Made by a program: the position numbers and the translations under genes. A model generated the notes under the pieces. The model was not told where the DNA came from. It saw only the letters and a list, made by a program, of their open reading frames with translations, and did not search any database. This document shows, one piece after another, positions 47,111 through 55,959 of a stretch of DNA of 64,000 nucleotides. The DNA comes from a virus (lineage: Duplodnaviria > Heunggongvirae > Uroviricota > Caudoviricetes), in the IMG/VR virus record IMGVR_UViG_2595698394_000001, positions 17,866-81,865 of that record. One strand, 5' to 3'. How positions within the stretch are numbered: position 1 is the first letter of the stretch; each line of letters starts with the position of its first letter.

Positions 47111-49999
47111 TTAGTTTGTAACCGTTCTAGTCAATGTTAATGTAATTTTAAATTCCCCTAAAGAATTAAATGTTCCAGTACTTGTTCTTACAAATATTTG
47201 TCTGTACGCTGTACTATTGTACTCTTCATTAATATCAACAGTTGTTCTATTGCCTACACTTGTTGACATAGAAGGTATTAAATTATTTGCAGAACCTGAT
47301 AAAGTGCCTATAGAAACCGTAGTCCCTGCGTCAAAAGCTTCTATGATTAAGGTCTCTATTTTTTTAACGGCATAACCTGAAGGAATGTCTAAGGTTAGAG
47401 CTTGTTCTGTATTTGCTGTTATGTCTACTATTTCACTCCTAGTCCATGTATTCCTCTCCATTTCATTTATCTGCTCAGAAACCCAATTGTTGTTTGTGTC
47501 CGTAAGTTTTGCATAGTTATTATTAGGATTCTCTATTGCAGCAAATAAAGTTCTACTTTTCAATGCCCCTACATTACTACCAAACTTTCTCCAACCATTA
47601 ACTAAAACATTATAATAATTATTTGACCCTGTTGATCTTGCTGTAGAATTATGATAAATTACCCCAATAAATTCAGAAGTAGATGTATGATTTTTAATGT
47701 TTAAACTAGAGTTTAATATTTTGTTATTGCTTCCTGAGATTCCGAAAAAGCCTACACCTCCAACGTCCAAACCATTAACAAATAGATGCATATTATTATA
47801 AATAGTGTTGTTCCCAGTAGCAAAATATACAGGATACACATGGGCAACATCTGAAATATCTCTAATCTCTATATTTTCAAATACACAACCATCTATATCA
47901 CCTACAAATCTAAGAGGTGTGAACTTAAATGTTGAATCAAAAATATCACTTTTACATTCTGCATAAACATTCTTTATTGTAACATTTGTTAAGTCTCCAA
48001 AATCAGCGAAACCATCTCTTCTGTAAGTGATATAACCATCAACTAAATTATTATCATTTGCAGTTACCATTTTTAAAGAGTTACAATAACCACTAATTGT
48101 AGGTCTAACATTAGGTGTTCCTACATACTCACCATAATCAATAGTATTAGTTAGTTTAACTTCTCCTGGATTATAAACTAAAGCATTATCTGAATTTATA
48201 TAAAATAAGTGTGGTGGTGCCATCCAATAACCTACACCCCCTACATTACTACCGTCTAAACTCTGCATATCAGAATAACGATAAGATTTTAATCCATCAC
48301 AATTAAAGTTCCTTACAATACCTTGGACACCCATTATTGTACCATCTAAAACAACATCTTTAAATGTTATGTGTTGAGGTATTGTTGTTTCTGCTTCTAC
48401 ATCATTAGTAACTGTTATATTTTTAGAGTGTTCCTCTTTGAATTTAATAGCCCAAGGAATAAAATTAGGAGCATTCTCACCTCTAGCTTTAAACTTTACA
48501 TTATCTATTGTTATGTATTTACCACCTGCAATAAGTAGTGTAGACATATACAAAGTCGGTCCTCTCCATATAGGATTACTTGATGTAAATGTTATTCCTT
48601 TTTCATTAGTTAAATAATTCTTGTATTGAGTTATATTTGCAGCATTCTGTACAGATTCATTAGATGTTACTGTTGCATCAATTGTTTGATCATATAAAAA
48701 TGTAAAATTCTTAAATGTAATATTATCAGACAATGCTATTACAAATGCAGGAGAATATTTATTGTTGTATATTATATTAACATCTTTATCTCTACCTTCA
48801 ATCCAAATATTATCTGGTATGAATATACTCTTAGTTGCTAACTCTTCTACATCTAAAAACATATCGGAATCAATGTAAATACGTTTACCCAAGGTATTTG
48901 CAGCAGATAACGTAGACATAAAAGCTGTTCTGTCATCTGTTACACCATCCATTATTGCACCATATGTACGAGGAGAAATATAACCATTTGGAACATTTCC
49001 AAATTTAGTTATTACGTCAGACGATAATTTACTTTCAATAATAGAACCATCTAAAATATCAGTAGTTAAATTACCTACTTGGTATGTTACGTATAAATTA
49101 GTCCCTACCCTAGGTGCATTTTCAAATGTAAAAACTCCAGTTCCAGGAGAAGTTTCAGTTATACCATGACCTGCTGTGAACAGTTGACCTTCAACAAATA
49201 CGTTTAAAGTTGCAGGGTTGTATGAACCATTAGATACTGTGAAAGAAGTGTTAGTACCATCTACATTTCCTACTAACCCTGAATCAGTGGAATCTCTATA
49301 AATATTATTATACTCATCTCCTCCACTTCCTCCTGAAATACTTATATTTCCAGAGCCTACTATAGATTCATTATTTATAGTTTTAAAGTCTCCAGCTTCT
49401 AACTTATTATTATCTAAAGCTGTAATAGCAGAAGCATTAACTCCTATTCCTGAGATATCTTGGTCACCTGGATAAGATATTTTTGCTGTGTTTGCTGCTA
49501 TGGCAGCATCTTGTGTTATTTTATCTTGATCTAAAGAGTCTATTCTGCTTGAGTTAACCCCAATTCCTGAGATATCTTGGTCACCTGGATAAGATATTTT
49601 TGCATCATTTATAGATACTCTTAATTCTATGTCATCATTTAATGCAGTTTGATCACTAGGAATATTTGCTAGCTTACTTTTTTCAGTTGAATCTACAAAC
49701 TTGTTTCCTGTACTAGAATCGTCAATATCATCTGCATTTAAAACTACAACTCCAGTTTCTCCATTAACAGACACTACATCACTTGAAGGTAAGTTTTTTA
49801 TTGCTGAGGCATCTAGCTTGTCAGACTCAGTTACTATAGACTCTAGTTTGTTCTTTACCTCTAAAGCCGAGTCTCTTTCTTTCCAACTGGTACCTATCTC
49901 TCCATCAATAGCATCCAGTATAAAAGAAGAATCTACTCCTGAGTCTTCTGGAAGTAAAGGTAATTCTAAATGTCTTTTTTTAATTTTAGTTTTAGGCAT
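47111..49999 (-). CDS. Tailspike-like beta-helix protein, paralogue of 44232-47099
   Basis: Coiled N-terminal extension with a duplicated AKISYPGDQDISGIGVN; shared module; SPRTYGAIMDGVTDDRTAF; APPHLFYIN and GYCNSLKM. Confidence 0.72.
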   Translation of the reverse strand: MPKTKIKKRHLELPLLPEDSGVDSSFILDAIDGEIGTSWKERDSALEVKNKLESIVTESDKLDASAIKNLPSSDVVSVNGETGVVVLNADDIDDSSTGNKFVDSTEKSKLANIPSDQTALNDDIELRVSINDAKISYPGDQDISGIGVNSSRIDSLDQDKITQDAAIAANTAKISYPGDQDISGIGVNASAITALDNNKLEAGDFKTINNESIVGSGNISISGGSGGDEYNNIYRDSTDSGLVGNVDGTNTSFTVSNGSYNPATLNVFVEGQLFTAGHGITETSPGTGVFTFENAPRVGTNLYVTYQVGNLTTDILDGSIIESKLSSDVITKFGNVPNGYISPRTYGAIMDGVTDDRTAFMSTLSAANTLGKRIYIDSDMFLDVEELATKSIFIPDNIWIEGRDKDVNIIYNNKYSPAFVIALSDNITFKNFTFLYDQTIDATVTSNESVQNAANITQYKNYLTNEKGITFTSSNPIWRGPTLYMSTLLIAGGKYITIDNVKFKARGENAPNFIPWAIKFKEEHSKNITVTNDVEAETTIPQHITFKDVVLDGTIMGVQGIVRNFNCDGLKSYRYSDMQSLDGSNVGGVGYWMAPPHLFYINSDNALVYNPGEVKLTNTIDYGEYVGTPNVRPTISGYCNSLKMVTANDNNLVDGYITYRRDGFADFGDLTNVTIKNVYAECKSDIFDSTFKFTPLRFVGDIDGCVFENIEIRDISDVAHVYPVYFATGNNTIYNNMHLFVNGLDVGGVGFFGISGSNNKILNSSLNIKNHTSTSEFIGVIYHNSTARSTGSNNYYNVLVNGWRKFGSNVGALKSRTLFAAIENPNNNYAKLTDTNNNWVSEQINEMERNTWTRSEIVDITANTEQALTLDIPSGYAVKKIETLIIEAFDAGTTVSIGTLSGSANNLIPSMSTSVGNRTTVDINEEYNSTAYRQIFVRTSTGTFNSLGEFKITLTLTRTVTN
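49446..49603. repeat. Two 41-bp exact direct repeats (49446-49486, 49563-49603), 117-bp period, inside a spike gene
   Basis: ATTCCTGAGATATCTTGGTCACCTGGATAAGATATTTTTGC twice; in-frame 39-aa period. Confidence 0.85.
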
Positions 50000-50003
50000 T
50001 TTT

Positions 50004-50546
50004 TTAGTATTTATATATTACTTGCACTATCTCTCCTGATTCTAAAGGATCACTGAAATAGACTATGTTGTTTGTTAATGAGTAGTCGTTAGAAGATCCT
50101 TCTAATTGCACTATTCCTTCTATTGAAACTTGATTCACAGTTGTAGATAAAGCATTGTTGCTTAAAGTCAGAGTAGTTTCTCCTCCTACTGCTATGAAAA
50201 CTTCTTTTGCCTCTGTTACACCTCCAGTAATTAAACTTTGTAAATCTATAGATGCAACTATATTATCAGACACAAGTAAAGCTAATGTAGTCTCTTGAAT
50301 ACTAAAAGAGAAGTCCATTAACTCAGGGTTAGAGTTTTCTAATAAGGTAATTTTTTGATTAAACTCTACTAACTTTTCTATTAATTTCTCATTATATTCT
50401 GTAAGAGATATATTTGAATCTGAGAGTATAAAAGGTTGTCCATCTTTTACTATTACACATGTGTCTTGTAAAAATATAGGACACTCTAAAGCTGTATTAT
50501 CCGTTTCAGGAATATTAGTTTGTTTGCAGTTATCTGTATTTGACAT
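50004..50546 (-). CDS. Putative tail hub/adaptor protein
   Basis: Cys-containing N-terminus; C-terminal beta module (TTLTL...VSIEGIVQ...DYSL...F..P.E.GE.VQVIYKY) resembles the spike anchor module. Confidence 0.5.
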   Translation of the reverse strand: MSNTDNCKQTNIPETDNTALECPIFLQDTCVIVKDGQPFILSDSNISLTEYNEKLIEKLVEFNQKITLLENSNPELMDFSFSIQETTLALLVSDNIVASIDLQSLITGGVTEAKEVFIAVGGETTLTLSNNALSTTVNQVSIEGIVQLEGSSNDYSLTNNIVYFSDPLESGEIVQVIYKY

Positions 50547-50548
50547 TT

Positions 50549-50959
50549 TTATTGATTATGTTGGTTAAAAAGAGCTTTCAACGCATCTCCTAAAGTTGTT
50601 ATAGGGTCTCCACAATCATCTGATAAGTCTCCAAAGTCTATTCCACAAGAAAGGATGTTTAAATCACATAAGGGAGTTGTTTTTAAGATTAGAACTTCTT
50701 GCTTTAAATCTGCTATTTCTTCTTCATACTTCTTTATTACTTCTGTAAATTCTAAAGTATTGTAATCAGCACTTAAATGAGTTACTTTTAACTGGGAATC
50801 GTGGTTATCAACTATTGTGTATAAATCACCATTTACTTCGTGTTGGTTAATGCAATCATCAGAAAGTGTGCTAGTAACTCCTACTGGACCTTCATAGTCA
50901 ACTTCTTTTGCATTTGTTATAATTATACTTCTGTTTGAGTATTTGTCTTTACAGCTCAT
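50549..50959 (-). CDS. Putative tail hub protein (Cys-rich)
   Basis: MSCK start, short coiled coil, CGIDFGDLSDDCG motif; TAATG-coupled to the upstream gene. Confidence 0.45.
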   Translation of the reverse strand: MSCKDKYSNRSIIITNAKEVDYEGPVGVTSTLSDDCINQHEVNGDLYTIVDNHDSQLKVTHLSADYNTLEFTEVIKKYEEEIADLKQEVLILKTTPLCDLNILSCGIDFGDLSDDCGDPITTLGDALKALFNQHNQ

Positions 50960-51261
50960 TATATTATAGTTTTTTTACAAGGTATACATGATTTAGGTTC
51001 TATTCTACAAGTGCAATCTTGCTCTTTATCTTTAGGCACCAATTCATCAATATAAACCTCTTTTAGTTTAGACTTGTTATCACAAGCCTTTGAATATAGT
51101 AAAGATAAAACCTTTAAATTATGTCCTATCTTATCTAAGTTAAAGGCACCCACATCAAACTTTGTTTTTAGTAAGTACTTATTTGCATCTCTAATAACCA
51201 AAGTATTATATTTGTATTGGAGATCACATATATTTTTAGATTTTATAGATTGTGATGACAT
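50959..51261 (-). CDS. Small Cys-rich hypothetical protein, probably structural
   Basis: 100 aa with C-terminal CTC...CIPC; TAATG overlaps on both sides. Confidence 0.5.
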   Translation of the reverse strand: MSSQSIKSKNICDLQYKYNTLVIRDANKYLLKTKFDVGAFNLDKIGHNLKVLSLLYSKACDNKSKLKEVYIDELVPKDKEQDCTCRIEPKSCIPCKKTII

Positions 51262-51776
51262 TAGTTACAAGTATTATATTCGTCCATTAAGTTCTTAGCT
51301 TCAGTATAGTATTGGTAAGCTTTCTTTTTTTCTCCTAGTCTCATAGCTGCTTCCGAAGCTCTTAACATAAAGTCTGTTATATTACACAAGTGTTTTATAT
51401 CTTCTGGAATATCATTATAATCTTCTCCTTGAGATAAATACAAAGTGTCTACCTCCAACTGAAGCTTATCTGTTTTTATGAAATCTTTTGTTTGCATATA
51501 GGAATCAGGAGAACCTTTTAGTGTTACCTTGTATATTCCATCTGGAAGTGCTGCCTTAGTTCCTAAAGCACTTAGGTAAAGGTTAGAGCTATTAAAAACA
51601 TTGTTTTCTTTTTTACCCCATGAGTGAGTAACCATTTTACCTGTAGGTAAAGTTATCTCTACTATAGCTTGTTTATCTTCTATATGAGCCCAAGTTGATG
51701 TATCACAGATAATTATCTTTTCAGGATTGTCTGTTTTAAGGATCTCAAAATCTATGTCTATGTTTTTTAGTGCCAT
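51261..51776 (-). CDS. Putative tail/ring structural protein
   Basis: ALPDGIYKVTL Ig-like motif and C-terminal helices; located in the structural block. Confidence 0.45.
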   Translation of the reverse strand: MALKNIDIDFEILKTDNPEKIIICDTSTWAHIEDKQAIVEITLPTGKMVTHSWGKKENNVFNSSNLYLSALGTKAALPDGIYKVTLKGSPDSYMQTKDFIKTDKLQLEVDTLYLSQGEDYNDIPEDIKHLCNITDFMLRASEAAMRLGEKKKAYQYYTEAKNLMDEYNTCN

Positions 51777-51777
51777 T

Positions 51778-52494
51778 TTAAAATTCTATTTTAAACCCTC
51801 CTTTTAAGGTATTATCTGTTCTATATCCTCCTCCAATATACACCTTATTGATTCTAATATAAGAGTTAATATCAATATCGAACCCTTCCCTGTGTAATGG
51901 TTGGACATAATCAACACCTACTAATACTCCAAATACATCTTTTTTTACTGGAGTTAAAGGTAAAGATTGAACGTCAATTGAGTTTATTTTAAAAAATTCA
52001 GGTAATTTAGTTGCTACTTTATAAGTACCATCGCTTTGTTGTGCTATACCTAAGGCCAGTGTTATAGGGTTAAAGTTGAACTCTCCTAAAGCAACATTGG
52101 TCTTAGTATTGTAACCTGTAGTATGTTTTACAAAAAAATTATCTTTTTGAGGGTAATAATCTTCAAAGGTTAAAGTTGTATCTGTCTTAACTACCTCTGT
52201 GATAACTGTTTTCTTATCAACAGGGACAAATACTATTTTTTGTGCAAGTTGCGCATTTTTTAGATCAATTCCAAGTTCCTTAATTTTTTCTCTCATTTCA
52301 GATTTAGTTAAGGTGTCAGCTACTAGTTTTTCGTAGTATCCTTTATTTATTTCTCTTAACTTATCGTTCCTAACTAGCCTGATTTGTTCCATTCTTTCGG
52401 CCTCTTGTCTATGCAAATTTGAGTAGTACCAAGAGTAACCAAAAAATATTAAAGCTAAAATAGCTAATACTAATAATATGTCTTTAAATTTCAT
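51778..52494 (-). CDS. Spanin-like membrane protein (N-terminal TM, coiled coil, C-terminal beta-strands)
   Basis: ILLVLAILALIFFGYSWYY TM segment; lies directly after the endolysin; ends GGFKIEF. Confidence 0.55.
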   Translation of the reverse strand: MKFKDILLVLAILALIFFGYSWYYSNLHRQEAERMEQIRLVRNDKLREINKGYYEKLVADTLTKSEMREKIKELGIDLKNAQLAQKIVFVPVDKKTVITEVVKTDTTLTFEDYYPQKDNFFVKHTTGYNTKTNVALGEFNFNPITLALGIAQQSDGTYKVATKLPEFFKINSIDVQSLPLTPVKKDVFGVLVGVDYVQPLHREGFDIDINSYIRINKVYIGGGYRTDNTLKGGFKIEF

Positions 52495-53113
52495 CGAAGT
52501 TTTTATTTATATAGTTAAGTATTCCAGTATAGATAAAAGAAGATAGGCTCCCTATGAAATAAGGATCATTTAAATACTGAATGTCTTTTTTAGAATCAAA
52601 AAATAAACACTCTAATAAGACCGCTGGACACTTAGTTTTTGATATTACATAGAAATCTACTTCCTTATCTTTATCACCGTCTGAGAAGTCGTATCTTAGG
52701 TTTAAACTTTTACTCTTATACACATGCTCAATAGCATTTGAGATTTCTTCTGCTAATTCATCACTTTTAGTTGTCCCTCTTGTGGTGTATATCTCATATC
52801 CAGTACCTCCTCCTGCATTGTTATGGACAGAAACAAACAAAGTTGTTTTAGGGTCATACTGGTTAGCTACTTTAACTCTATATGATAAAGATAAATCTCT
52901 AGCATCTTCAGGAGATACTGTGTAAACTACATCTATATTATCATGACTTTTAAGACAATTGCCTATCCCACTAGCTATAAGCCTATTATACTTACCTTCG
53001 TAAGCTTTAGTACCATCTTCAAAAGTAAACATCTTATTTGGAGCTGTTGTATAATTCCCTTGAGAATCAATCCCTCCATGTCCTGGATCTATTACTACTG
53101 TTATTTTTCCCAT
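52484..53113 (-). CDS. Endolysin, N-acetylmuramoyl-L-alanine amidase (Amidase_3)
   Basis: VVIDPGHGG, EGKYN, FVSVHNNA and AVLLECLFFD Zn-amidase motifs; no signal peptide. Confidence 0.92.
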   Translation of the reverse strand: MGKITVVIDPGHGGIDSQGNYTTAPNKMFTFEDGTKAYEGKYNRLIASGIGNCLKSHDNIDVVYTVSPEDARDLSLSYRVKVANQYDPKTTLFVSVHNNAGGGTGYEIYTTRGTTKSDELAEEISNAIEHVYKSKSLNLRYDFSDGDKDKEVDFYVISKTKCPAVLLECLFFDSKKDIQYLNDPYFIGSLSSFIYTGILNYINKNFDEI

Positions 53114-53613
53114 TATTTTATTTTAACTTTTACATTAGAAGCCTTTTGAAAAAAGATGTCTAATTCAGAAGGAGTTAAGGCTGTTATTTGATGGCCTGTA
53201 TTAGGGGCAATCTCTACTGCATCTCCTTCTTTTAGAATAAGGACCTCTCCTTGTAAATATATTTTTATTTCTCCTATAGCTACAACTATTTCTTCTGTAC
53301 AATCTGAATGGTAGTGGTATGTAAGGGTACTCCCTGCGGACCACTTGGTTCTGTACTGTATTTTATCTTTCTCCTCAACTTCTTGCCTCATTGTGATAAT
53401 TGCTCCACCATGTACTACAGGTAAAGGAACAAACTCTCCTACTTCAATAGCATCAAGCATACTAAAAGGTACATCCTGCCCTTTTTGAAATATATTATAA
53501 AAATAGTCTGCCAGATTGTTGTTTTTTATATATTCTACATCTCTAAAATTATCCATTGCCACTTTTCTCTGAGCTTTATAATCAGCTATAGTGCTTAGTA
53601 AATCGTTTTTCAT
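53113..53613 (-). CDS. Cupin-domain protein
   Basis: HYHSDCTEEIVV..GEI and LKEGDAVEIAPNTGH are the two cupin metal-binding motifs. Confidence 0.8.
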   Translation of the reverse strand: MKNDLLSTIADYKAQRKVAMDNFRDVEYIKNNNLADYFYNIFQKGQDVPFSMLDAIEVGEFVPLPVVHGGAIITMRQEVEEKDKIQYRTKWSAGSTLTYHYHSDCTEEIVVAIGEIKIYLQGEVLILKEGDAVEIAPNTGHQITALTPSELDIFFQKASNVKVKIK

Positions 53614-53897
53614 TACTTGTCTCTATTTATTTTGATCATCTCATTAATTTGTGAAATAGTGTTTGCAACTTTATTAGTAACTTCTAATAAGTTTTGAGTA
53701 TAATCTTTTTGTTCTTTAATCAGCATCTCGTATGCCTCTCTTATTGCTTTGTCTTTTTCAGCGGCCTCCTGTCTTAACTTTACTATAAAATATATAAGAA
53801 TGGCTACTATAGCAAGTAATATCCCTGTTACAGCAACTTCGTTTACATTTAATAGTTTTTCGACAGTTCCTGCTGGGTCTACTTGTAGAAAAATCAT
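53613..53897 (-). CDS. Holin-like single-TM protein (start re-called to the ATG at 53897, 94 aa)
   Basis: VAVTGILLAIVAILIYFIV TM helix plus a cytoplasmic coiled coil; first gene of the lysis cassette; the ATG at 53945 lies inside a terminator stem. Confidence 0.55.
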   Translation of the reverse strand: MIFLQVDPAGTVEKLLNVNEVAVTGILLAIVAILIYFIVKLRQEAAEKDKAIREAYEMLIKEQKDYTQNLLEVTNKVANTISQINEMIKINRDK

Positions 53898-53915
53898 ATG
53901 CTTATTTGAATCAAT

Positions 53916-53950
53916 AAAAAAGGGGATGAGAACGTTTTGTCCCATCCCCC
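53916..53950 (-). terminator. Intrinsic terminator after the auxiliary capsid-like gene
   Basis: Minus strand GGGGATGGGAC-AAAAC-GTTCTCATCCCC followed by T6. Confidence 0.75.
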
Positions 53951-53975
53951 AATTGGTTAGTTATTTTTTGACTTC

Positions 53976-55928
53976 TTATGCAGACGTTTTACCAAAAGCT
54001 TGCACTGTCTTTAGACCTGCTTGTGCTGCTAAGTTGTTTAAAACTTCCTCCACATCTGCGTGAACTCCAGGAGCCACTAAGATATGGTACTCGATAGTCT
54101 CATTGTTTTCTCCATAGAAACCTTGAGTACGAGTCTTAGTTCTAACTTTTATCACATAATCAACATAAGGTTGAACTGCTTCTAAGTTAGTCTCTTTCCC
54201 TGTAACTAAGTTACCATAGTTGTTATTATAGAATCTAGCTTCTCCATTGAAAGCTATTCTAGAAGACTCTTCCCAGTTACGTAAATTTAATCCCCAGTTT
54301 TCTGGTTCACTAGCAACTGATAAAAGAGTTACTTTATATCTACCTGCTGTAGATCCACTGTTAAAAGACTGGTTAGGCATAATAGAGTACCCACCTGCTA
54401 CTTGAAGCCTAGTAGATGTTGCTAATGAAGGTACAGAGTCTCTGTATTCTTCGTTCCCTGCAAAAATGAAAGGTTTAGCTTTAAATCTAATACCCATCTT
54501 AGCATCAAATGTATAAACTTTATCTTCTTTTACCCAAGGATGAACGCCAAACTCTAAAGGGGCTTCTGATGTAAATAAACCTCTGAATTGCTCAGAACAT
54601 TCTTCACATACGATATTAGTAGTTACTACTGTAGAGTACTTAGTAGAACAGTTAGCTGAACTTACTACTGTAATAGTTAACTCTGGATATGCTGCTTGTA
54701 TAGCTGCTGTTGGAGCTTGATCACAGTCCTCATGACCTACAATAATTGTGTAAGTCTCAGTTTTTGTTTTACAAGTGCTTCCTTCTGCCCAAGAGATAGT
54801 CTCTAAAACATCTGGAGAACATACTTCTGTCACATCTCTTGCAACTAAATCTATAATAGCTTCTTCATTTGCAGTTAAAAATGTCTCTTTCTCTGCATCT
54901 GTTAAGTCTTCACTTACTACTACTGTATAAGTACTTAATCCTCCTTCTTCATTAACTTTTACTGCTGATCCTACAACTACATTAGTTGATATGGCCTCTA
55001 TAGCTAAAGTTGAATCTGCGCCATCATCTTCTACAGATATAGAAAACACATAACCATCTTCTAACTCTGAATATCCTGCTGGACAGTCTGCACAGCCTTT
55101 TACTTGCCAAGCTTTATTTATAGTAAAATCTGCTGGTGCTGCTGAAGCTACTACTGTATAAGTAGTACCTAATAAACCAGTTTCGCTTTTCTTAATGTCT
55201 AATGTTGGATATTGAGATTTAACTGTACCTAAGTCAGTATGTGTTCCTCCATCTCCTACGATAAGGTTATAGAACACAGCATCAGTTCCTGCCGAAGCTC
55301 CTGCGTTGCTGTTAACTGGTGTGATATCAACATAATCAGATAATGGAATACTTCCCATAACAATAGTTCTGTTAAGACGCTCTACAGCTTCTTCTACTAC
55401 TTTTTGATCTGTCCATGCACCTGCTGTAGCCTCCGCTTGAGTTGTTGCTTTTGCAGTGTTAGGTGCAGATAACCTTTCAGTTATAATTACTGCCTCATCT
55501 TGGTACCCTAAAATACCTAAAGCTGGTCCTGATAACTTAAGGGAAATCTCTTCGTCATCTCCTGGCTCTAAAGTAATAGCTGAGTCGTCATCAAAGCCGT
55601 TAAAACCTAAAATCTGCTCATCTACTTTAATACCTTCTTTAGGGGCAGATACTCTGATTTGTTCGATGTCTGAAAGTTTGAAATCCGTTGATCTATTAGC
55701 CTTGTTGCTTTCTGATCTATTTGGAGTAATTTCAGGTGATCCGTGATACAATTGTACCTTACTATCTTTTGACAGCCCATCAAAAGTACTGATAATTTTT
55801 AGACCATCGCTGTCTGGCTGAGCATCTACGTCGATTACCGCCCATTGCCCTTTTGCAATGTTTAGTGAACGTCCTGTTTTTGCTACAGAGTTTACTACGA
55901 AATGTCTTGGTGTTGCTCCGTGAAACAT
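53976..55928 (-). CDS. Putative abundant structural protein (auxiliary capsid protein-like), 650 aa
   Basis: Third gene after the MCP and followed by a terminator, as expected for a highly expressed virion protein; CxxC motifs and three internal repeats. Confidence 0.5.
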   Translation of the reverse strand: MFHGATPRHFVVNSVAKTGRSLNIAKGQWAVIDVDAQPDSDGLKIISTFDGLSKDSKVQLYHGSPEITPNRSESNKANRSTDFKLSDIEQIRVSAPKEGIKVDEQILGFNGFDDDSAITLEPGDDEEISLKLSGPALGILGYQDEAVIITERLSAPNTAKATTQAEATAGAWTDQKVVEEAVERLNRTIVMGSIPLSDYVDITPVNSNAGASAGTDAVFYNLIVGDGGTHTDLGTVKSQYPTLDIKKSETGLLGTTYTVVASAAPADFTINKAWQVKGCADCPAGYSELEDGYVFSISVEDDGADSTLAIEAISTNVVVGSAVKVNEEGGLSTYTVVVSEDLTDAEKETFLTANEEAIIDLVARDVTEVCSPDVLETISWAEGSTCKTKTETYTIIVGHEDCDQAPTAAIQAAYPELTITVVSSANCSTKYSTVVTTNIVCEECSEQFRGLFTSEAPLEFGVHPWVKEDKVYTFDAKMGIRFKAKPFIFAGNEEYRDSVPSLATSTRLQVAGGYSIMPNQSFNSGSTAGRYKVTLLSVASEPENWGLNLRNWEESSRIAFNGEARFYNNNYGNLVTGKETNLEAVQPYVDYVIKVRTKTRTQGFYGENNETIEYHILVAPGVHADVEEVLNNLAAQAGLKTVQAFGKTSA

Positions 55929-55959
55929 AGTTTGATTGTTTTAAATTAAAATTGATTGT

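Noticed and set aside
44232-49999. Diversity-generating retroelement (TR/VR) explanation for repeats in tail genes
   Set aside because: Both copies are in-frame N-terminal coding modules, the differences do not appear restricted to adenines, and no reverse transcriptase is in the window
53898-53945. ORF-track start (ATG 53945) for the holin-like gene
   Set aside because: That ATG lies in the terminator stem; the ATG at 53897 downstream of the U-tract is more plausible
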